From positions 1-48,933 of the IMG/VR virus record IMGVR_UViG_3300031892_000003: DNA of 48,933 nt. One strand, given 5' to 3'. Position numbers and translations under genes: made by a program. The notes beneath the pieces were generated by a model. The model had not been told where the DNA came from. It saw nothing but the letters and a program-made list of their open reading frames with translations, and did no database searches. Positions 1 through 6,280 of the stretch are shown here, piece after piece (position 1 is the stretch's first letter; every line of letters begins with the position of its first letter). Source of the stretch: a virus (taxonomy: Duplodnaviria > Caudoviricetes).

Positions 1-25
1 ACGAGCTGCGCATGGCGGCGAAGGC
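1..25. repeat. Terminal direct repeat, left copy (circular contig overlap)
   Basis: ACGAGCTGCGCATGGCGGCGAAGGC at 1-25 is identical to 48909-48933. Confidence 0.97.
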
Positions 26-422
26 TGCGGGAGTGCGCGATCCTGACGCGGCTCTCGCTAAACTGCGGAAAGGTCCCATCGGAGGGCTGCGCGGCATCTT
101 CGCGAAGGACCTAAAGGGCTACATTCGCGACACCTGCATCCCCGCTTGGCGTAAATTCGAGGAGACGGAGCGCTTCAAGAGCGGCTCGTTCCCAGGAAAC
201 GCGCCGTTGCCGCCCGATCCGCCACCGAAGCACGTGAAGGGGGCCCCGCCGTGGGTGCGGGAGAGCCACGCCGCGTTCTGCGAGGCCAACGAGCTCAAGC
301 TGAAGCAGGAGGCCATGGCTTTCGACGACAGCCACCACATCCCCCCGGGCAACCTGCAGCCCAACGACGCGGCTGAGGCGTTCACCCTGTTCCTGCTCCG
401 GCGGGTCACCGAGGCGGCGTGA
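1..422 (+). CDS. C-terminal part of phage replication initiator (continues from 48311 across the join)
   Basis: The ATG at 12 corresponds to 48920, which is in frame with the ORF starting at 48311; the joined ORF is 339 aa. Confidence 0.8.
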   Translation, partial: ELRMAAKAAGVRDPDAALAKLRKGPIGGLRGIFAKDLKGYIRDTCIPAWRKFEETERFKSGSFPGNAPLPPDPPPKHVKGAPPWVRESHAAFCEANELKLKQEAMAFDDSHHIPPGNLQPNDAAEAFTLFLLRRVTEAA

Positions 423-616
423 GCCGCCTGGTAACGGTCTGTGACGCCTGCCTCAGGGCCTCGTGCTGGCACGGCACGTTCCCCTGCGACAGTTTCCTAG
501 AGGCCGGCACCGTGGTGCTCGCTGCCACGGAGCTCGACCTGCTGAACTTCGAGGACAAGTCCTGCTACTCGGACGAACGGATCAGGGAGATGGAGGGAAC
601 GCCATGCTTGGCATGA
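419..616 (+). CDS. Small Cys-rich hypothetical protein
   Basis: GTGA overlap with the upstream stop, GAGG SD, CDACLRASCWHG motif. Confidence 0.65.
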   Translation: MSRLVTVCDACLRASCWHGTFPCDSFLEAGTVVLAATELDLLNFEDKSCYSDERIREMEGTPCLA

Positions 617-1191
617 CCGGGCGCAACCACCCGAGCGTGGTCAAGCGCAAGGGGGCCGACGACAGCGTGGACGATCGGGAGACGCCGCCGGACGTCTTCG
701 ACCCGCTGGATGCCGAGTTTGATTTCACGCTCGACGTTGCCGCCGCGCGGCACAACGCCAAGTGTAGGCGTTACTTCGCGCTCGGTCCGAGCCCCGCGTT
801 CAACCCGAAGCAGCTCGCGCTCTTCGACGAGGTTCCCGTGGGTGACCCGGACGCCGTCGCCATCGATGGCCTGGCGCAAGAGTGGGGAGCAAAAGAACGC
901 GTCTGGTGTAACCCGCCGTTTAGCAACATCGAGCCCTGGGTGGCCAAGGCTCACGGGTGCGCCGCAACCGTCGTGATGCTCCTGCCCGCGAATCGCACGG
1001 AACAGCCATGGTGGCAAACTTACGTGGAGCCCTATCGAGATGGGTATCCGTATTGGACGCCGTTGCAGACCCGGTTCCTCGCCGGCCGCCGGTGCTTTCG
1101 GAACCGAGGGGCTTCAATCACGAACAGGACCAGCCGTAACCCGCCCTTCGGGGTGGTGATCGTCATTTGGGATAGGAGGGTGATCTCATGA
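613..1191 (+). CDS. dam: Phage DNA N6-adenine methyltransferase (phage Dam family)
   Basis: DDRETPxxVFxxL..FDFTLDVAA, WCNPPFS catalytic motif, VMLLPA-RT..WW; ATGA overlap at 613 (alternative start 604). Confidence 0.88.
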   Translation: MTGRNHPSVVKRKGADDSVDDRETPPDVFDPLDAEFDFTLDVAAARHNAKCRRYFALGPSPAFNPKQLALFDEVPVGDPDAVAIDGLAQEWGAKERVWCNPPFSNIEPWVAKAHGCAATVVMLLPANRTEQPWWQTYVEPYRDGYPYWTPLQTRFLAGRRCFRNRGASITNRTSRNPPFGVVIVIWDRRVIS

Positions 1192-1400
1192 GCCAGCAAT
1201 TTCCGCCGGGGTGGACGGATGCCGTCCGGGGTGCAGCGAGCCCGGATGAAGCGACACGGGCCAAGGCCCTCGGGGTCGAGCCGCGCAAGTGCTTCCGCAT
1301 CGATGAAGGCCGCATCTCCGAGAGCCGGCGCCGTGGTTCACGCCGGGGCGCCGCCGGCAGGCACGCGCTCAAGAACCTGCCGCCCATCGAAGAGGACTGA
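1188..1400 (+). CDS. Hypothetical protein
   Basis: ATGA overlap with dam stop, AGGAGG SD. Confidence 0.55.
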   Translation: MSQQFPPGWTDAVRGAASPDEATRAKALGVEPRKCFRIDEGRISESRRRGSRRGAAGRHALKNLPPIEED

Positions 1401-1430
1401 CCCGCTTCTGGCCTGAACGTTCGCGCTCTC

Positions 1431-1458
1431 TTGTGCGCGACCAATATTGTTGTATCTT
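1431..1458 (+). promoter_or_regulatory. Putative sigma70-type promoter for the recombination operon
   Basis: TTGTGC-16nt-TATCTT with an extended -10 TG in an AT-rich intergenic gap; CAATATTG palindrome in the spacer. Confidence 0.4.
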
Positions 1459-1510
1459 GTTTCGAGAGGTGCTCTTGTACTATGTCGAATTTGCATCTCG
1501 CGCCCTGCTC

Positions 1511-1999
1511 ATGTCCGGCGCGGACCCAGACGACCTGAGCTGGACCCGAACGGAGCGGCGCTTCGACACCTACGACCAGGCGAACGAGGAATCATTCGAG
1601 CTGGGCATGGGTCATGGCGAATTCTATTTCAGGGTGAAGGAAGAGATCATGGAGAACGAATACGAAGCTGTCGTGCTCGACGCGCAATGCGGCGTGTGCG
1701 GCTCGCACCTAGAGCTGGCGGAGGGCGGGCGCGACCACCTGGTGCAGTGCCCGGTGTGCAACGAAGAGCCCGCGGCGGGGGCGACGCCAGCCGACGCGCT
1801 CTCCAATTGGCTCGAACGGCAGCCGGGCCTTTACCGTCCCTCCGATCTGGCAGAGCCGCTGCCGAAGCACCCGTGGGTGGTGGAGGTCAACGGCTTCCCC
1901 TTCGACTCGCTCACCGAAGCCGAGGGCTATGCCCAGCGCTCGGGCCACCCCATCTACTGCCGGCTGGCATCCAGCCAGAAGGAGGCGGCCAATGGCTGA
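1511..1999 (+). CDS. Zn-ribbon protein, Lar (restriction alleviation)-like; start uncertain (1511 or 1649)
   Basis: CGVCG...VQCPVC...TPADALSNWLER resembles the Lar pattern CxxCG..CxxC..EAIxxWNxR. Confidence 0.5.
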   Translation: MSGADPDDLSWTRTERRFDTYDQANEESFELGMGHGEFYFRVKEEIMENEYEAVVLDAQCGVCGSHLELAEGGRDHLVQCPVCNEEPAAGATPADALSNWLERQPGLYRPSDLAEPLPKHPWVVEVNGFPFDSLTEAEGYAQRSGHPIYCRLASSQKEAANG

Positions 2000-3689
2000 C
2001 CGTCCCAAGAGCATCGCGCTAATTGATCTCAGCTACCTGTTCAAGAAGCGCTACCACACCACCACCGACGGCGTGCCGCTGTCGGCTGCCAAGAAGACTC
2101 TCCAGGATCTGGAGAGCCTCAAGCGCGGAGTCGACCACGTCATCATCTGCCGGGACAAGCCGCCCTACAAGCGGCTGGAGGTCTACGCCGAGTACAAGAG
2201 CAACCGCCCCGAGCCGGAGCCGGAGGAGACGGCGCAGCGCCGGTGGCTCGCGGCCGAGGTCAAGCGGCTCGGCTTCAACGTCGCGTTCTGTCAGGGCTAC
2301 GAAGCGGACGACGTCATGGCGACCCTGGCCCGCATCTATGGCGAGTGGTGCGCGGACGTGCGGATCGTCGGGCCCGACAAGGACATGGCCCAATGCGTGA
2401 CGCTCTCCAACAACGTCGTGCAATTCATCCCGCCGCACGGTGAGCGCGATTGGCAATTGCGGAACTGGGACGCGGTAATCGAGAAGTTCGGTGTCGCCCC
2501 GCCGCTCATGCCGTTGTGGCAGGCGCTCTGTGGCGATTCCGGCGACAACGTCCCGGGCGTTCCCGGAATCGGGCCGAAGAAAGCGACCGAGCTATGCCTC
2601 CGGTACGACACCCTGGCCCGGCTGGCGGGGGGCATGGCGGAAGAGGCGCGCCTGAAAAACCCACCCAAGTACGTGACGGCGCTCGCCGAGCACTGGCAAC
2701 AGCTCACGGTCTCTCTGCAGCTAGTCACGCTCGACACCAACGTGCCCATCGATGCGGAGAGCTACCTCGTCAAGCACACCCCGGTGCCGGAAGCCCCCAA
2801 GAGGAACGATATGGACATCGAAGTCGACGGATATGTAGGGAACGAGACGCCCATGCCGGCAGCGCCGCCCGCCGATGAGGTCAAGCCGAGCGAGGTGCAC
2901 CCGGTGGCGCAGCAGGCCTACCGCGAGAAGTTCCCCGCCAACGACTCGCCGCCCGTCGCGCCCAAGGTCGCCAAGGATGCCGAGTTTGAGGAGCAGTACG
3001 ACCGGGAGCGGCAGCGCAACGAAGAGCACGACACGGTCAGCAATACCCCGGGCGACAAGCGCGCGGTGCCGGCGCAGCCGAAGCCCCGCCCGGCAGTCTC
3101 GACCGCGCTCGCCACGGCGCCGACCGTCACCCAGCATTCCAAGTACGGGCTGGTCACGGCAGACCTGCAGCCGCTCGACTTGACGGCGGCCTACTCGGTG
3201 AGCGAGTGGCTCGTTAACGGCGGTCTCTACCCGCAATTCAAGACGCCCGCGCAGGTGTTTACCATCATCGCCCGGGGCAAGGAGCTCGGCATCGGGATGA
3301 CCACGGCCCTCGCCGGTCACCATATGGTCGACAACAAGCCGACGGCGAGCGCGGATCTCATCCGGGCCCTGGTCGAGCGGGACCCCAACTTTGACTACCT
3401 GATGCCGATCGAGATGAGCGCGACGAAGGTCGTGTGGGAGGGCAAGCACAAGCGGCACCCGAGGCCCGTGACCTTCACCTACACCATCGAAGAGGCGAAA
3501 CAGGCTGGGTTGGTGCGTAAGACCAGCTACGGAAAAGAGAGCAACTGGATGCTGCGCCCGCAGGACATGCTGACGAAGACGGCCGGCAGCAAGCTGGCGC
3601 GCCTGCTCTGGCCCGGTGCCACCATCGGGCTCTACTGCCCGGAAGAGCTCGGCTACGGGGAGGACGAGCTCAAGGTGGAGGCGGCGTGA
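1992..3689 (+). CDS. Fusion of a PolI/FEN-type 5'-3' exonuclease, a Pro/Ala linker and a RecT-like single-strand annealing domain
   Basis: N-terminus LIDLSYLF, GYEADD, DKDMAQ, H3TH motif LCGDSGDNVPGVPGIGPKKA; C-terminus GKELGIG..AL...KP..SADLIRAL, YTIEEAKQAGL, NW..RPQDML, GLYCPEEL; GGAGG SD before ATG 1992. Confidence 0.85.
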   Translation: MADRPKSIALIDLSYLFKKRYHTTTDGVPLSAAKKTLQDLESLKRGVDHVIICRDKPPYKRLEVYAEYKSNRPEPEPEETAQRRWLAAEVKRLGFNVAFCQGYEADDVMATLARIYGEWCADVRIVGPDKDMAQCVTLSNNVVQFIPPHGERDWQLRNWDAVIEKFGVAPPLMPLWQALCGDSGDNVPGVPGIGPKKATELCLRYDTLARLAGGMAEEARLKNPPKYVTALAEHWQQLTVSLQLVTLDTNVPIDAESYLVKHTPVPEAPKRNDMDIEVDGYVGNETPMPAAPPADEVKPSEVHPVAQQAYREKFPANDSPPVAPKVAKDAEFEEQYDRERQRNEEHDTVSNTPGDKRAVPAQPKPRPAVSTALATAPTVTQHSKYGLVTADLQPLDLTAAYSVSEWLVNGGLYPQFKTPAQVFTIIARGKELGIGMTTALAGHHMVDNKPTASADLIRALVERDPNFDYLMPIEMSATKVVWEGKHKRHPRPVTFTYTIEEAKQAGLVRKTSYGKESNWMLRPQDMLTKTAGSKLARLLWPGATIGLYCPEELGYGEDELKVEAA

Positions 3690-3919
3690 AGGACATCGTT
3701 GCAGAGATAGAGGCCACCATGACCCCGGCGCACCTGGAGGCGGAGCGGTACGCGGGGAGCCTGGAGGCAGCGCTCGACCGGATCCATGCCCTGTGTGAAG
3801 CGGCCGAAGTGCTCGACTTTCTGACGGCGGAGCAATACCGGGACCGGTTCCTGCCCCGAATCAAGCTACTCGCCCGGGTGAGGGACGACCGGTTCACCAT
3901 CATCAACCGGGCTGGGTGA
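3686..3919 (+). CDS. Hypothetical protein
   Basis: GTGA overlap, GGAGG SD. Confidence 0.6.
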   Translation: MKDIVAEIEATMTPAHLEAERYAGSLEAALDRIHALCEAAEVLDFLTAEQYRDRFLPRIKLLARVRDDRFTIINRAG

Positions 3920-4280
3920 GCAGCGCCTCCCGGATGAAGGCGGCCCACTCGGCCGCCTTCTTCTTGTCCCGGGAGCGGAAGTAGAGCACGCGCCAGCCGA
4001 GCAGCGCCGCCATGTTCAGTTTCTCGTAATCCTTGTCGGCGGTACCGAAGCGCTGGTGACCGGAGCCCTGCACCTCGATAGCCAGGCGCTGCGACGGAAA
4101 CGCGAAGTCGAAGCGCCAGCGCCGCTCGGGATGAAAGCGGTACTCGCGTGTCAGATCCCAGCCCGCAATCGCGACGAGAGCGAGCTCAGTGGCGAGGGCC
4201 TCTTCCGCTGCGCTTCTCGCGCTCGGACGGCGGGGGGATGACGACGGTGGGGGCTTGGGACTTTTGGTACGCGCGGGCAC
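3903..4280 (-). CDS. PD-(D/E)XK endonuclease (DUF559/Vsr-like)
   Basis: EYRFHPERRWRFDFAFP..LAIEVQG, D.EKLN.A.LLGWRVL. Confidence 0.8.
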   Translation of the reverse strand: MPARTKSPKPPPSSSPRRPSARSAAEEALATELALVAIAGWDLTREYRFHPERRWRFDFAFPSQRLAIEVQGSGHQRFGTADKDYEKLNMAALLGWRVLYFRSRDKKKAAEWAAFIREALLTQPG

Positions 4281-4434
4281 CTTCCGCCTTTAGCTCCACC
4301 AGCTCACCCGCGGTCCATCTCTTTTTCCCGATGCGCTTGCGGCGCAGCCGGCGCCCATCCACCCAGTCGCTCAGGCCAATGGCGACGAAGTAGGCGCAGC
4401 GCACCACGAACAGCACCATGGCATCGAGCATCAT
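4186..4434 (-). CDS. Small membrane-anchored protein of the lysis cassette
   Basis: ATGA overlap with endolysin stop; hydrophobic N-terminus followed by a basic stretch. Confidence 0.45.
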   Translation of the reverse strand: MMLDAMVLFVVRCAYFVAIGLSDWVDGRRLRRKRIGKKRWTAGELVELKAEGARAYQKSQAPTVVIPPPSEREKRSGRGPRH

Positions 4435-4859
4435 GCTTCCTCGATGTGGCCCAGGTCCTTGAACTTCTCGTCATTGCTGCGCCCGTCCTTGTTCCAGTCG
4501 AGCCCAAGGCGCACGGGCACACCCTCATCGATGGCGACCGCCTCGATGAAGCCCATGATGCGGCCGAAGCGCACGCTGTCGTTCCAGTCCGCGACCGTGA
4601 AGGGCGCTGCCGGGCGCAGGTCTGCCGCGCGGCTCGGGTCCGCGTTGTGCTTGCTGTTCGGGTAGCGCTTGTCGCTATGGCCCGTCTTGAATGCCTGGTC
4701 CTGGTCGATCTTGTTGCGGTGCCCACAGATGACCGCGAAGTCGAGCCAGAGCGGAGCGCAGCGGATCGCTTTGCGCAGCACCCGCTGCAGCCCCGCCGAG
4801 CAGGTGGCCACGTGGTATTCGCTGAGCGCACTGAAGCGGCAAACGTCGAGGATCTTCAC
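4431..4859 (-). CDS. Endolysin, peptidase M15 (L-Ala-D-Glu peptidase-like)
   Basis: DFAVICGHR..Q, SKH-x6-AAD and D.GHIE zinc-peptidase motifs. Confidence 0.85.
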   Translation of the reverse strand: MKILDVCRFSALSEYHVATCSAGLQRVLRKAIRCAPLWLDFAVICGHRNKIDQDQAFKTGHSDKRYPNSKHNADPSRAADLRPAAPFTVADWNDSVRFGRIMGFIEAVAIDEGVPVRLGLDWNKDGRSNDEKFKDLGHIEEA

Positions 4860-5269
4860 AGGCCAAACACTCCGAGCACGCTATCGATGGCGTCTCCGTA
4901 TTGGGGAAAGAGCTTGGCTGCCATGCGCAGGACGACAGCAGCCATGGTGACATAGCTCGCGTACTTGCCCGTCAGCACCGCCGCCTGGCGCGCCGTCACC
5001 TTCGGCGGCGGCAGCACGGTGTCACCCTTGCCGTTTGCGACATACGCCCGTAACAAGGCGGCCTCTTCGTGCAACACATCGAAGCGGCGGTTGATGGTAC
5101 TACCAAAGCCGTCGATCATCAGCGCGTGTTGCTGCAGGCGTTTCAGCGTGAGGTCGCTATTCAGCTCCAAACGAGCAAGCCGCTCGGAGAGCGGGATCGG
5201 TGGGGCGCCCCTGTCGACGAGCGACAAAAACGGCTCACGTGGGCGCGGCGGCTTCATCTCGTCCGACAT
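4856..5269 (-). CDS. Coiled-coil protein with C-terminal hydrophobic helix (holin candidate)
   Basis: GAGGAG SD; directly upstream of endolysin with GTGA overlap; YASYVTMAAVVL hydrophobic segment. Confidence 0.5.
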   Translation of the reverse strand: MSDEMKPPRPREPFLSLVDRGAPPIPLSERLARLELNSDLTLKRLQQHALMIDGFGSTINRRFDVLHEEAALLRAYVANGKGDTVLPPPKVTARQAAVLTGKYASYVTMAAVVLRMAAKLFPQYGDAIDSVLGVFGL

Positions 5270-5372
5270 GGGGTGCTCCTCTGGATACACTCCGGCGTCG
5301 CCCGGTGTAGGCCGCACGGTACCCGTGTGAGCTCACACCTGACTGCCCGAGCAAAAGGAATGCTGGCGCTTC

Positions 5373-5401
5373 AGTATACTGCACACACGCGCACCGGTCA
5401 A
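5373..5401 (-). promoter_or_regulatory. Near-consensus sigma70 promoter facing the lysis cassette
   Basis: Minus strand TTGACC (5401-5396), 17 nt, TATACT (5378-5373). Confidence 0.7.
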
Positions 5402-5404
5402 AAG

Positions 5405-5435
5405 TTGACCTAGCCCCACGGCGTGGATATATGTT
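5405..5435 (+). promoter_or_regulatory. Divergent putative promoter for the intergenic RNA
   Basis: TTGACC at 5405-5410, then TATATG (17-nt spacer) or TATGTT (19-nt spacer); the two -35 boxes form the palindrome GGTCAA-AAG-TTGACC. Confidence 0.45.
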
Positions 5436-5440
5436 CGACC

Positions 5441-5676
5441 CGTTAGCTGCAACCGAGGTGGAGGATCGGGTGGTAATCCTTCTCAGGCCGGGGCGTTTCT
5501 CTCTCTGTTTGCCCCGCGCGCGAGCTCCCGGCGCAGGCCGATCAGGGAGCCCCCCGGTGGGGTGAAGCTTTTGAGCTTGTGCTTACACGAGCCGCTCAGC
5601 TAGAGCCGCCCCTACCTCGGGGCGTGGAAGCGTGAGGCGTCCCCCCCCCCACCCGCGCGGAGTGCGTCCCGAGGTT
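5441..5676 (+). ncRNA. Putative structured non-coding RNA
   Basis: Closing stem 5453-5461/5612-5620, internal hairpins (GAGGAT/ATCCTT, CGGGGCG/TGCCCCG, GCTCCC/GGGAGC, AAGCT/AGCTT); the wobble pairs are G-U only on the plus strand. Confidence 0.5.
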
Positions 5677-5679
5677 CTA

Positions 5680-6006
5680 TTATGCAACGAGCTCGACCGA
5701 GCCGTTGCCGGTCACGACACAGACGTCATCGGTATTCGTGCTCGACAGCTGAAGGATCTCCGTGCTCTGGATCACGATGTTCGGGTAGACGATGATCGTC
5801 GTCGGGCCCGCGGGTACCGGGAAGATGAGAACGCGGGTCGTGGAGCTGTCCGCGCTTATCGACAGGTGAATGTTGGTCGCGGCCGCACCTGCCGCGTTCG
5901 CCATCGTCATGCTTTCGAGGCGCGTCAGCTGCCCCGTCGTATTGGTGTAGACGGTCTCCGCCGTCGTGTCCGCGGTCGTGAAGAACAATCGCTTTCGGAG
6001 TGCCAT
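5680..6006 (-). CDS. Small beta-rich virion/tail-associated protein
   Basis: Thr/Val-rich 108 aa ORF co-oriented with and downstream of the tail fibre. Confidence 0.65.
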   Translation of the reverse strand: MALRKRLFFTTADTTAETVYTNTTGQLTRLESMTMANAAGAAATNIHLSISADSSTTRVLIFPVPAGPTTIIVYPNIVIQSTEILQLSSTNTDDVCVVTGNGSVELVA

Positions 6007-6069
6007 TACGGAATGCCTTTCGTGCTCTACCCTCGGGCGCGTGCGGAAGCCGCCGCGTACGCTTCAGGG

Positions 6070-6279
6070 ATGAAGTGGATGTTGGTGCTCTTGGGGTGCG
6101 TGGCGTGCGGCGGCGCGACGGAGCCGGGGCCGTTAGAGACCGGGCCCTGGTGTTGCTTCGATGATGCGGCGGGGCAGATGACGTGTGAGCTCTCAGCGGC
6201 GCGCACCGAAGCTTGGACGGCGGGGCCCTGCTGGGATGCGACCCTGCCCGAAGAGTCGCCGCTGCACCCGGGGCGATGA
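6070..6279 (+). CDS. Small putative lipoprotein, antisense to the late operon
   Basis: MKWMLVLLGCVAC-GG lipobox-like N-terminus; exactly fills the gap between two minus-strand genes. Confidence 0.55.
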   Translation: MKWMLVLLGCVACGGATEPGPLETGPWCCFDDAAGQMTCELSAARTEAWTAGPCWDATLPEESPLHPGR

Positions 6280-6280
6280 G

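Noticed and set aside
3660-3689. C-terminal EAA endings as ssrA-like degrons
   Set aside because: Explained by the GGAGGCGGCG SD of the overlapping downstream gene.
5641-5650. Poly-C tract as phase-variation site
   Set aside because: Non-coding and not in a promoter spacer; its length may be a sequencing artefact.
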